Below are positions 7,212 through 16,532 of a stretch of 36,255 nt of DNA, in pieces. Position numbers and translations under genes: made by a program. Every line of letters starts with the position of its first letter. Within the stretch, counting starts at the first letter, position 1. Source of the stretch: an uncultured Acetatifactor sp. (lineage in GTDB: Bacteria > Bacillota > Clostridia > Lachnospirales > Lachnospiraceae); contig CAYOHU010000001.1 in NCBI GenBank assembly GCA_964403845.1, positions 1 through 36,255 of the forward strand, read 5' to 3'. The notes below the pieces were generated by a model that saw only the letters and a program-made list of their open reading frames with translations, made no database searches and was not told the DNA's origin.

Positions 7212-8570
7212 ATGGGAAAATATTTTGGAACGGATGGTTTTCGCGGGGAAGCGAATATTAATTTGACGGCAGACCATGCCTATAAGATTGGTCGCTTCAT
7301 CGGCTGGTATTACCGGCAGAATAAGGAGAATGACGGGAAGTGCAGGATTGTCATCGGAAAGGATACCAGACGTTCTTCTTATATGTTCGAATATGCATTG
7401 GCAGGCGGGCTCACCGCTTCCGGAGCTGATGTATATCTGCTGCATGTAACCACCACCCCCAGTGTATCCTATGTGACAAGAACGGAGGGCTTTGACTGTG
7501 GAATTATGATTTCCGCCAGCCATAATCCCTTCTATGACAATGGTATCAAGCTGGTGAATGGGAATGGTGAGAAAATGGATGAGGAGACGATTCTGAAGAT
7601 AGAGGAATATCTTGACGGCAGAATTTCCGAGCTTCCTTACGCGGAGAGGGATGGGATTGGCTGTACCGTGGATTATTCCGCAGGACGGAATCGTTATATT
7701 GGCTATCTGATTTCTCTTGCCACCAGATCCTACCGTGACAAGAAGGTGGCGCTTGATTGTGCCAACGGAAGCTCATGGATGATTGCGAAAAGTGTATTTG
7801 ATGCGCTTGGAGCGAAGACGTATGTAATCAACAACCAGCCCAACGGTCTGAATATCAATGTGGACAGCGGCTCCACTCATATCGAAGGATTGCAGAAATT
7901 CGTGGTAGAAAACGGATTGGATGTGGGATTTGCCTTTGATGGGGATGCTGACCGCTGCCTGTGTGTGGACGAAAAGGGGAATGTAGTGGACGGTGATGCC
8001 ATTATCTACATTTATGGTCGTTACATGAAAGAGCGCGGAAAGCTCTACGGGAATAAAGTAGTGACTACCGTTATGTCTAACTTTGGTCTGTATAAAGCGT
8101 TGGATGCGGTTGGAATCGAATATGAGAAGACAGCCGTAGGTGACAAGTACGTATATGAGAATATGGCTCAGAATGGCTATCGCTTGGGCGGTGAGCAGTC
8201 CGGACATATTATATTCAAGAAATATGCAACTACCGGTGATGGTATCCTGACCGCAATCAAAATGATGGAGGTTATGCTGGAAAAGAAGACCACATTAAGT
8301 GAACTGGCAGCCCCCTTTAAGGTATATCCGCAGGTGCTTGAAAATGTCAAGGTTGCAGACAAGGATGCGGTGAAGGAAGACGCAGATGTCAAGGCAGCAG
8401 TGGAAGCCGTTGCAAAGGAGCTGGGAGACGGAGGACGCATTCTGGTACGAGAGAGCGGTACGGAGCCCTTGATCCGTGTCATGGTGGAAGCCCAAGATGA
8501 CGAAACCTGCCGCAGATATGTAGCCCGCGTGGTCGACTTAATCAAGGCGAAGGGCTACGCAATTATCTAA
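7212..8570 (+). CDS. glmM: Phosphoglucosamine mutase
   Basis: MGKYFGTDGFRG, catalytic SASHNP, DGDADR, GGEQSGH, RESGTEPLIRVMVE. Start moved to ATG 7212. Confidence 0.95.
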   Translation: MGKYFGTDGFRGEANINLTADHAYKIGRFIGWYYRQNKENDGKCRIVIGKDTRRSSYMFEYALAGGLTASGADVYLLHVTTTPSVSYVTRTEGFDCGIMISASHNPFYDNGIKLVNGNGEKMDEETILKIEEYLDGRISELPYAERDGIGCTVDYSAGRNRYIGYLISLATRSYRDKKVALDCANGSSWMIAKSVFDALGAKTYVINNQPNGLNINVDSGSTHIEGLQKFVVENGLDVGFAFDGDADRCLCVDEKGNVVDGDAIIYIYGRYMKERGKLYGNKVVTTVMSNFGLYKALDAVGIEYEKTAVGDKYVYENMAQNGYRLGGEQSGHIIFKKYATTGDGILTAIKMMEVMLEKKTTLSELAAPFKVYPQVLENVKVADKDAVKEDADVKAAVEAVAKELGDGGRILVRESGTEPLIRVMVEAQDDETCRRYVARVVDLIKAKGYAII

Positions 8571-8599
8571 ACAACATTTAAAAAAGAGGAGATGAAACT

Positions 8600-10429
8600 A
8601 TGTGTGGAATTGTAGGTTATGTTGGAACACAGGCTGCCGCCCCCATCCTGCTGAACGGCTTGGCTAAGCTGGAGTACAGAGGATATGACTCTGCCGGAAT
8701 CGCTATCGATAATGAAGAAAATAAGATTGAGGTGATCAAAGCAAAGGGTCGCCTGAGCGTGTTGGCGGACATGACGGATAACGGAAATGCAGTGAAAGGC
8801 TGCTGCGGTATCGGTCATACCAGATGGGCTACCCACGGCGAACCCTCCAGTGCCAACGCACATCCTCATGTCAGCAATGATAAAAGTGTGGCAGTGGTAC
8901 ATAATGGTATCATTGAGAACTATTTGGAACTGAGAGAAAAGATGATTCAGAGAGGCGCAACCTTCGTGTCTGAGACAGATACAGAGGTGGTAGCTCATAT
9001 GCTTCACTATTATTACAATGGTGATCCTTTGGAAGCAATTACCAAGGTTATGATGCGTATCCGTGGATCCTATGCGCTGGGCATTCTCTTTGCGGACAGA
9101 CCGGGTGAGATCTATGCAGTGCGCAAGGACAGCCCGTTGATCGTGGGACAGTCGGAGAAGGGGAACTTCATTGCCTCTGATGTACCTGCGATTCTGGAGT
9201 ATACCAGAGATGTATATTATATTCAGAATATGGAAATTGCTAAGCTGACAAAGGATTCCCTTGCCTTCTACAATATCGATCAGGAGGAGATTGTCAAGGA
9301 GCTGCATCATATTGAGTGGGATGCGAAGGCCGCTGAGAAGGAAGGCTTTGAGCATTACATGATGAAGGAAATATACGAGCAGCCCAAGGCAATCCGTGAC
9401 ACCATTACTCCCCGAATCAAGGATGGTAAGATTGTGCTGGAAGAGCTGGAGATGGATGCGGAAGAGCTGAAGGAAATCAGCCATATCACTATTTTGGGCT
9501 GTGGCTCCGCATACCATGTAGGTATGAATGTAAAGTATGTATTGGAGACCTTGACCAGAATCCCGGTGGAGGTGGAGCTGGCATCAGAATTCCGTTACAG
9601 AAATCCTATTGTTGCGCCGAATACGCTGGTGATTGTAATCAGCCAGTCCGGTGAAACTGCGGACTCTTTGGCAGCCCTGAGAGAGGCTCAGAGCAGAGGC
9701 GCAAAGGTTCTTGGTGTCGTGAATGTAGTGGGAAGCTCCATTGCCAGAGAGGCGGATTCCTGTATTTATACATGGGCGGGACCTGAGATTTCCGTGGCTA
9801 CCACAAAGGCATACAGCACCCAGATGGTGGTATTGTATATGATCGGTATGGTACTGGCGGAGGCCAGAGGCTTGATTACGGAGGAAAGATATGCGGAGCT
9901 GTTGGGCGAGCTTGAGTCCCTGCCTGACAAGATTACCCGTATCTTAAACGAGAAGGAGCGTATCCAGTGGTTTGCCCACAAATATGCTTCTGCCCAGGAT
10001 ATTTTCTTTATCGGTCGCGGTCTTGACTATGCAGCATGTATGGAAGCGTCCCTGAAATTGAAGGAAATTTCTTATATCCACTCTGAGGCATACGCGGCAG
10101 GAGAATTGAAGCACGGAACGATTTCCCTGATTGAGGATGATGTTCTGGTGGTGGCATTGGCTACACAGGCAGAACTGTATGGCAAGACCGTCAGCAACAT
10201 TGTAGAGGTAAAGAGCCGTGGCGCATATGTCTTCGGTGTGACCTCAGCGGGCAATTACACCATGGAGGATGTTGCAGATTTCACTGTGTATGTGCCCAAG
10301 ACAGATGACTTATTTATGACCTCCCTTACCGTAATTCCGATGCAGCTCTTTGCATACTATGTCTCTGTGGCAAAAGGTTTGGATGTAGATAAGCCCAGAA
10401 ACCTTGCAAAATCCGTAACGGTAGAGTAA
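8600..10429 (+). CDS. glmS: Glutamine--fructose-6-phosphate aminotransferase
   Basis: MCGIVG, LEYRGYDSAG, GHTRWATHG, SQSGETADS, ELKHG, DKPRNLAKSVTVE. RBS GAGGAG. Confidence 0.98.
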   Translation: MCGIVGYVGTQAAAPILLNGLAKLEYRGYDSAGIAIDNEENKIEVIKAKGRLSVLADMTDNGNAVKGCCGIGHTRWATHGEPSSANAHPHVSNDKSVAVVHNGIIENYLELREKMIQRGATFVSETDTEVVAHMLHYYYNGDPLEAITKVMMRIRGSYALGILFADRPGEIYAVRKDSPLIVGQSEKGNFIASDVPAILEYTRDVYYIQNMEIAKLTKDSLAFYNIDQEEIVKELHHIEWDAKAAEKEGFEHYMMKEIYEQPKAIRDTITPRIKDGKIVLEELEMDAEELKEISHITILGCGSAYHVGMNVKYVLETLTRIPVEVELASEFRYRNPIVAPNTLVIVISQSGETADSLAALREAQSRGAKVLGVVNVVGSSIAREADSCIYTWAGPEISVATTKAYSTQMVVLYMIGMVLAEARGLITEERYAELLGELESLPDKITRILNEKERIQWFAHKYASAQDIFFIGRGLDYAACMEASLKLKEISYIHSEAYAAGELKHGTISLIEDDVLVVALATQAELYGKTVSNIVEVKSRGAYVFGVTSAGNYTMEDVADFTVYVPKTDDLFMTSLTVIPMQLFAYYVSVAKGLDVDKPRNLAKSVTVE

Positions 10430-10482
10430 AATGGACGTGTGCCCCGCTTAGTGGCGGAAATGCGATTAGAGATTTGAAAATC

Positions 10483-10554
10483 ATGCCGCGCAGGGCATAT
10501 ATCGTTTCAAAAATGATGTACATTTCTTGAGATGATATATGCTGGGCGCGGCAT
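10483..10554 (+). terminator. Long imperfect hairpin downstream of glmS (terminator or REP-like)
   Basis: ATGCCGCGC-agg-GCATATATCGTTTCAAAAATG pairs with CATTTCTTGAGATGATATATGC-tgg-GCGCGGCAT; arms ~33 nt. Confidence 0.55.
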
Positions 10555-10567
10555 TTGTAATATCATG

Positions 10568-10637
10568 GTAACTAACCCTATGAGCAAAAGGAAGGTGCTG
10601 AAAGCACGATTTTGCGAATGGGGTGCTGAATAGTTAC
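10568..10637. mobile_element. 70-bp MITE-like palindromic element with putative 8-bp target-site duplication
   Basis: Termini GTAACTA...TAGTTAC. Internal pairings CCCTATGAGCAAAA/TTTTGCGAATGGGG and GTGC/GCAC. Flanks ATATCATG (10560-10567) and ACATCATG (10638-10645) match at 7/8. Confidence 0.6.
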
Positions 10638-10721
10638 ACATCATGGTTAAAATAGTCCTGAGAATGTATGGTTAAGTAGACGCTTACACATGGATTGGGG
10701 CATAGATAAAGGATATGGGTT

Positions 10722-12053
10722 ATGGAGAAGCAACAGTCACTACAAAAAAGGGAAAAGCTCATAGATGGGGTTGTGTTTGCGGTTTTGCTGGCGATTGCCA
10801 CGGCGGTCACATTTATACTGTTTTATCGTCAGACCTACGGAAGTCCTGAGACGGGCTATCATTCAGATATGAAGGCCTATATTCTGGAAATGCAGGGACT
10901 TGACAGTGGATATGAGTTCCCCTATCCTATCTTTTTTAAGCTGGCGGCTTTCTTTCATCTTTTTATCGGATCACAGCCGGCAGTGGCACTTGCCACAGCG
11001 TTGCTGAACAGTGCGTCCATGGTAATCACGAAGCTGGCTATGAATCATTTCATTTTGCGGAAGCCGGAGCAGGCTGCGCCGGGGCGTAGCTGGGCGACGG
11101 GCGTTCTGATTAGCCTGATGACCATTGCCCTGTTCTTTGTATCCATGCTGTTTCCCCCGGAGGGAATTTATCTGCCGGGAATCTACAGAACCTACTTGGG
11201 GGTATTTACTCCCAATCCTTTTCATAATGCCACATATCTGGCGGCCAGACCGTTTTCGATTTTAGCTTTTTTGTGGTTTGTAAAGCTCCTGCCTGTATAC
11301 GAGCAGGGGATTGGCAGGAAAGCGGGGGAGAGCGGCGGAGCATGGTGGGATTATCTTTTGTTTTCCCTGTTCCTGCTGCTTGCGACTATGACGAAGCCTT
11401 CGTTTACTCTTGTGTTGGTGAGCACTGCAGGGTTGATTATGCTCTATCGCATGATTCGCTCCGGATTTCGTAATTTTGTGCCGACGGTGCAGTTCGGCTT
11501 GCTGTTTCTCCCGACCTTTATAGATTTGCTCTATCAGTTTCGAGGGGTGTTTGTGCCGGATGAGGGAGCAGAAGGGGGAATTGGCTTCTGCTTTGGTGAA
11601 GTGTGGGTGCGCTATTGTGGAAACCTGCCTTTGGCGGTGTGCCTGGGTGTGGGATTTCCGTTGGCGGTGCTGGTGGTGAATTTCCGGAAATGCAGGAAAA
11701 ATACCATGCTTCTCTTCTCATGGCAGCTTTATGCTGTGGGCTTTGCGGAGGCATTTTTCTTGTATGAGAAGGGCTTCCGCAAGTTTGATTTTAATTTTTG
11801 CTGGGGATATATCTGTGGTATGTTCTTTTGTCATTTTACGGCATTGCTGGTGTTGCTGAAGGCAACGTTGGAGGAGACAACGTTGGAAGCGGCAGGGCGG
11901 TGTAGCCCGGCTGAGGGAGTGCAGACAGGCGGCAGGGGGCAGTCTCGGAGAAGACCGGTACTCCTTGTATTGCAGTGGCTTGCCTTTGCATGGCATTTGG
12001 TTTGCGGAATCATCTATTTTGCGGGGATTTTCCGCGGAGCCATGTATTATTAA
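10722..12053 (+). CDS. Polytopic membrane protein, probable GT-C-fold glycosyltransferase
   Basis: About 11 hydrophobic segments, acidic HSD in the first outer loop followed by YP, plus PFHNATY and TKPSF motifs. Confidence 0.6.
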   Translation: MEKQQSLQKREKLIDGVVFAVLLAIATAVTFILFYRQTYGSPETGYHSDMKAYILEMQGLDSGYEFPYPIFFKLAAFFHLFIGSQPAVALATALLNSASMVITKLAMNHFILRKPEQAAPGRSWATGVLISLMTIALFFVSMLFPPEGIYLPGIYRTYLGVFTPNPFHNATYLAARPFSILAFLWFVKLLPVYEQGIGRKAGESGGAWWDYLLFSLFLLLATMTKPSFTLVLVSTAGLIMLYRMIRSGFRNFVPTVQFGLLFLPTFIDLLYQFRGVFVPDEGAEGGIGFCFGEVWVRYCGNLPLAVCLGVGFPLAVLVVNFRKCRKNTMLLFSWQLYAVGFAEAFFLYEKGFRKFDFNFCWGYICGMFFCHFTALLVLLKATLEETTLEAAGRCSPAEGVQTGGRGQSRRRPVLLVLQWLAFAWHLVCGIIYFAGIFRGAMYY

Positions 12054-12184
12054 GGGTCGGCGTCATGTAGTATTCATGACCGGAGTCGATTATTATTAGG
12101 GATTAAAGTTTTGTACGATTCAAGTACAGACATGTGCTGAGGTGGGAAAATGAGTGCTTCAGAGCGGACGGAGGTGAGTGAGGG

Positions 12185-13882
12185 ATGAGCTTCAGGGAGT
12201 GGCTGAAAGGGAAAAGGGAATATCTGATCATCGGTGCGGCGGCCTTGCTTGCATTGGCTGTGTCGATGGCTTTTTCCCCGTCTTATTATGCGATGAATGA
12301 TGATTCCACCATGAAGAGCATTCTTTCCGGAGCCTATACCGGAAGCCCCGATGGACATGCTGTTTATATGAAGTATCCTCTGACGGGAATTTTGAGTCTG
12401 CTTTATCGTTGGACGAATAGGGTGTCATGGTATGATATTCTGATGCTTGGCTGTTTCTGGGGTGCGATTACTTCCGTTGTCGGAAGATGCTATGCCCTGC
12501 GTACGCAGCTGCCGCAAAAGAGCAAGGGGGTGTCTGTCTGTCTGGTATTGGGCGGTGTTTCCCTGTGCTTTGCGCTGTTCGTTCCACAGATATTTCTGAT
12601 ACATTATACCTTGGTTGCGGCAATGGTAGGAGGCTGCGGGCTGTTTCTGCTCATGACCGGAGGTGGCGCAGCGTCTGTTGTGCTGTTGGTTTTGTGCTAC
12701 TGTATCAGAAGTCAGGTATTTTTTCTGCTGCTTCCCTTTTGTCTGCTGGTGTTATTGTGGAATGCCGTGGACCGGACCGGAGCAGCTATGCTGCGGTATG
12801 GATTGATTTTGGCAGCGGGGATTATGCTCTGTATGCTTTGGAACGGAGGCATGTATCGGTCTGATGCATGGCAGTACTATGAGGAATATAACGACAGCCG
12901 GACGCAGCTCTATGATTACGACAAGCTTTTGCCGTACGAGGAGAATGCAGATGCCTTTGAAGCGGCAGGAATCACGCAGCTGCGGCATAGATTATTGGAT
13001 GAATATGCCTTGGTATTGGCTGACGATATTACGCCGGAGGTGCTGGAGACTGCTGCTGAGCTGACTGCGGCCAAGAGAAAGGAAGGCAGGAGCGGGACAG
13101 AATATTTGATAACCTGTGTGAAGGAGTATTATTATCACATTAGATACAATGATCAGCCGTATAATTATATTCTGCTTGGTGGGTGTCTTGCTGTGCTGGT
13201 GTTACTGCTGCGCCAAAAACAGTGGTTAAAGCTGGTGCTGTTTGGATGCTTTTTGGGCGGAAGAAGTCTGATATGGATTTTCCTGATTTGGCGTGGAAGG
13301 TTTCCGGAACGGGTCTATGTCTCACTTTATTTTTTGGAGATTATGGTTCTGGCCGGGATGCTTCTGCAGCTGTGGATGCAGTCAAAGCCGTTGGAGGAAA
13401 ACGACAGAGCTTCCGGGAAAAGGGGGAAGCTAAGCCTTGTGATTGCGGGCGTTATCAGCTGTCTGCTGCTGGCAGCCGGTGTGAGTCTGTGTCCGGAAAT
13501 GCAGGAACGACTCCGGGAACGGGCGCGGAATCAGGAGGAATGGCGGGCACTGACGACCTATTGCGATTCCCATCCGGAAACAACCTTCCTGCTGGATATT
13601 TATTCTACGGTTGATTACAGTGGAGAGCTGTGGAGCGGCGTACAAAAGAAGGAGAATTATCTGTTGGCAGGGGGCTGGATGAGTGAAAGCCCGTTGCTGA
13701 AGGAGAGGATAAGCTCTTTGAAACCGGAGGAATGCTGTTATATTATTGCGGCAGACAGAGAGACAGACTGGCTGTCTGAATACTGTGGGGAATATTTGGG
13801 AGAGCTACGGATGGAGAAGACGGACAGCATTTACCTGAAAGAAAAGGTGCTGTTTGATGTGTATCGTCCGGCTACAGAGTAG
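12185..13882 (+). CDS. Polytopic membrane protein, probable GT-C-fold glycosyltransferase
   Basis: YYAMNDD after TM1, many TMs, CIR and PERV motifs, soluble C-terminal domain. Confidence 0.65.
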   Translation: MSFREWLKGKREYLIIGAAALLALAVSMAFSPSYYAMNDDSTMKSILSGAYTGSPDGHAVYMKYPLTGILSLLYRWTNRVSWYDILMLGCFWGAITSVVGRCYALRTQLPQKSKGVSVCLVLGGVSLCFALFVPQIFLIHYTLVAAMVGGCGLFLLMTGGGAASVVLLVLCYCIRSQVFFLLLPFCLLVLLWNAVDRTGAAMLRYGLILAAGIMLCMLWNGGMYRSDAWQYYEEYNDSRTQLYDYDKLLPYEENADAFEAAGITQLRHRLLDEYALVLADDITPEVLETAAELTAAKRKEGRSGTEYLITCVKEYYYHIRYNDQPYNYILLGGCLAVLVLLLRQKQWLKLVLFGCFLGGRSLIWIFLIWRGRFPERVYVSLYFLEIMVLAGMLLQLWMQSKPLEENDRASGKRGKLSLVIAGVISCLLLAAGVSLCPEMQERLRERARNQEEWRALTTYCDSHPETTFLLDIYSTVDYSGELWSGVQKKENYLLAGGWMSESPLLKERISSLKPEECCYIIAADRETDWLSEYCGEYLGELRMEKTDSIYLKEKVLFDVYRPATE

Positions 13883-13995
13883 ATAGGGCTGTTACGAACA
13901 GGGCTTGAATGTTCATAAAGAGATTGTCCCATGATTGGGAAACGTGATAGGATGGAAATAATATAGGGAAGTAACCGGTGGGAAAGGATATGGAT

Positions 13996-14922
13996 ATGGA
14001 TAAGATAGCGGTATTGATTCCTTGCTATAATGAGGCGCAGACGATAACAAAGGTGGTGCAGGACGTAAGGGCGGCACTGCCGGAGGCAGTGGTCTATGTG
14101 TATGATAATAATTCAACAGATGGCACCTCCGGGCTTGCGGAAAAAGCAGGTGCAGTGGTGCGTTATGAGTATCAGCAGGGCAAGGGGAATGTCATTCGCA
14201 GGATGTTTCGCGAGATTGATGCACAGTGTTACCTGATGATTGACGGTGATGATACCTATCCCCTTGATTGTGCCAAGGAGATGGTGAATAAGGTGCTTGA
14301 GCGGCATGCGGATATGGTGGTTGGAGACAGACTTTCTTCCACCTATTTCACAGAAAACAAAAGACCGTTTCATAATTTCGGCAATAGTCTGATGAGAGTG
14401 GGGATTAACAGCCTGTTTCATTCTGATATTAAGGATATTATGACGGGGTATCGGGCTTTTAGTTATGAATTCGTGAAAACCTTTCCGGTTTTCTCCAAGG
14501 GCTTTGAGATTGAGACGGAGATGACGATTCATGCCGTGAATTACAATATGCAGGTGGAGAATGTGGTAGTGGAGTATCGGGACCGGCCGGAGGGCAGTGA
14601 ATCCAAGCTGAATACCTACAGTGACGGAATGCGTGTAATCCGTAAAATGCTGCAGCTTTACAAAAATTACAAGCCCATGCGCTTTTTCGGTTTGTTGTGT
14701 GCCGTTCTGGTGCTGGCGGCAGCTGTGATCATGATCCCTATTGTGGCTGTGTATCTTGAGACCGGTCTGGTGCCCAGATTCCCTACGCTGATTATCTGTG
14801 GTTTCATGGTGCTGGCGGGTATTGTATCCTTCTTTGTGGGAATGATGCTGGAGGTTATGGCGGCGAAGGACAGGAAGGATTTTGAGTATCGCCTGACCCG
14901 CGTCTATCAGGATAAAGGTTGA
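13996..14922 (+). CDS. GT2 polyprenyl-phosphate glycosyltransferase (DPM/DPG-synthase-like)
   Basis: RBS GAAAGGA. IPCYNE, DNNSTD, GKG, DGD, DIMTGYR, FEIETE; two C-terminal TMs. Confidence 0.85.
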   Translation: MDKIAVLIPCYNEAQTITKVVQDVRAALPEAVVYVYDNNSTDGTSGLAEKAGAVVRYEYQQGKGNVIRRMFREIDAQCYLMIDGDDTYPLDCAKEMVNKVLERHADMVVGDRLSSTYFTENKRPFHNFGNSLMRVGINSLFHSDIKDIMTGYRAFSYEFVKTFPVFSKGFEIETEMTIHAVNYNMQVENVVVEYRDRPEGSESKLNTYSDGMRVIRKMLQLYKNYKPMRFFGLLCAVLVLAAAVIMIPIVAVYLETGLVPRFPTLIICGFMVLAGIVSFFVGMMLEVMAAKDRKDFEYRLTRVYQDKG

Positions 14923-14940
14923 CGGGTGTTAAATAGTTTC

Positions 14941-14982
14941 GAACGCGGAACAAAGAACGCAAAACAAAGAACACAAAACAAA
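14941..14982 (+). repeat. Three tandem 14-bp repeats GAACRCRRAACAAA
   Basis: gaacgcggaacaaa / gaacgcaaaacaaa / gaacacaaaacaaa, ending just before the ATG at 14987. Confidence 0.8.
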
Positions 14983-14986
14983 TAGA

Positions 14987-15535
14987 ATGGAATCATATGG
15001 AATGAGAGAATATCGGGACGAGGAAGCAGGAATCTATCTGCGGATGATGACAAGAGAAGATACGGATTTCATTGTGGCGTGGCGCAACAGCGATGCCGTG
15101 CGCCGTAATTTCATTTATCAGGAGTTATTTACCAGAGAGAGTCATGAGAATTGGATTCGAACCAAAGTGGAGACGGGAGAAGTGGTGCAGATGATAATCT
15201 GCGACAGCTCCGAAGGCAGACCGCTGGGCTCTGTGTATATTCGGGATATTGACAGGAAGCATAATAAAGCAGAGTATGGTATTTTCATAGGAGAGGCGTC
15301 TGCGCGTGGCAGAGGCGTGGGGACGGCAGCTGCCAAATTGATGCTCCGGTATTGCTTCGAGGAGGAGAAGCTCCACAGGGTGTATCTGCGTGCACTGGCA
15401 GGAAATGACAGGGCGATTCGCAGCTATGAGAAGGCAGGATTTGTGAAAGAGGGATATTTAAAGGATGATGTGTGCATTGCCGGTGAATACCGTGATGTGG
15501 TATGGATGGCTGCAGTTTGTCCTGACGGGAAATAG
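14987..15535 (+). CDS. GNAT N-acetyltransferase, PseH/RimJ-like (amino-sugar N-acetyltransferase)
   Basis: WRNS, ESHENW, AEYGIFIGE, acetyl-CoA motif RGRGVG, NDRAIRSYEKAGF. Start may be 15002. Confidence 0.8.
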   Translation: MESYGMREYRDEEAGIYLRMMTREDTDFIVAWRNSDAVRRNFIYQELFTRESHENWIRTKVETGEVVQMIICDSSEGRPLGSVYIRDIDRKHNKAEYGIFIGEASARGRGVGTAAAKLMLRYCFEEEKLHRVYLRALAGNDRAIRSYEKAGFVKEGYLKDDVCIAGEYRDVVWMAAVCPDGK

Positions 15536-15586
15536 AATGCACACAGTCAGCTGTAAGGCATAGAAATGAAAAAGAAGGATATGGAC

Positions 15587-16525
15587 ATGAAAAAGGTAGG
15601 ATTTGTAATTCCCTGTTATCGTTCCGAGAACACCATTGCTCAGGTGGTAGCGGAAATCGAAGAGAAAATGAAACAGATGAGTAAATACGAATATGAAATT
15701 TGTCTGGTGAATGATTTTTCCCCGGATAACACTCTGGCAGCAGTTCGAAGACTCTGCGAGGAGAACCGGAAAATCAAAGGGATCAGCTTTTCCAGGAATT
15801 TCGGACAGCATGCGGCATTGATGGCCGGACTCCGCTATGTGGAGGGGGACTATGTGGTATGCCTGGATGATGACGGACAGACGCCGGCGGATGAAGTAGA
15901 CAAGCTTCTTGCGAAGCTGGAGGAGGGATATGATGCGGTGTATGCCAAGTATGAGCATAAGCAGCATTCTGCGTTCCGCAATATCGGAAGTAAGGTAAAT
16001 GAACTGATGACCCGGATAATGCTGGACAAGTCGGCAGATCTGTATGTTTCCAGTTATTTTGCTGTGAGAAGATTTGTGGTGGAGGATATGATACGATATG
16101 AGAATTCGTATCCGTATGTGATTGGTCTGGTGCTTCGTGCCACCAAGAATATCACCAATGTGGTGGTGCAGCACAGAGAGCGTGAGGAGGGAAGCTCCGG
16201 TTATACGCTGAAGAAGCTGCTGGGCTTGTGGTTTAACGGCTTTACGGCTTTCTCCGTCAAGCCGCTCAGAATCGCGACTGCTGTAGGAGGCTGTAGTGCG
16301 GCTGTGGGCTTTTTGTACGGAGCCTATACCATTATCAAGCGTCTGGTGAATCCGGAGGTTCCTGTGGGCTTCAGCTCCACAATGGCAGCCATCGTATTCT
16401 TCGGAGGCATGATTATGGTGATGCTGGGGTTGATTGGTGAATATGTGGGTCGTATTTACATCAGTATGAATAACTCTCCCCAATATGTTATCAGGGAGAC
16501 CATCAATATCAAAGAGAAGGATTAA
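15587..16525 (+). CDS. GT2 undecaprenyl-phosphate glycosyltransferase, ArnC/GtrB-like
   Basis: IPCY, NDFSPD, SRNFGQHAALMAG, DDDGQTP, two TMs ending LGLIGEYVGRIY...PQYVIRE. Confidence 0.88.
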   Translation: MKKVGFVIPCYRSENTIAQVVAEIEEKMKQMSKYEYEICLVNDFSPDNTLAAVRRLCEENRKIKGISFSRNFGQHAALMAGLRYVEGDYVVCLDDDGQTPADEVDKLLAKLEEGYDAVYAKYEHKQHSAFRNIGSKVNELMTRIMLDKSADLYVSSYFAVRRFVVEDMIRYENSYPYVIGLVLRATKNITNVVVQHREREEGSSGYTLKKLLGLWFNGFTAFSVKPLRIATAVGGCSAAVGFLYGAYTIIKRLVNPEVPVGFSSTMAAIVFFGGMIMVMLGLIGEYVGRIYISMNNSPQYVIRETINIKEKD

Positions 16526-16532
16526 TACTTTC

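Noticed and set aside
8571-8599. glmS ribozyme upstream of glmS
   Set aside because: Only 29 nt separate glmM and glmS, and I see no ribozyme core there or upstream of glmM.
8567-9517. 316-aa antisense ORF, and similar long antisense ORFs at 15458-16567, 18362-19075, 21992-23044, 26851-27468
   Set aside because: These are shadows of well-supported genes on the opposite strand and carry no recognisable motifs.
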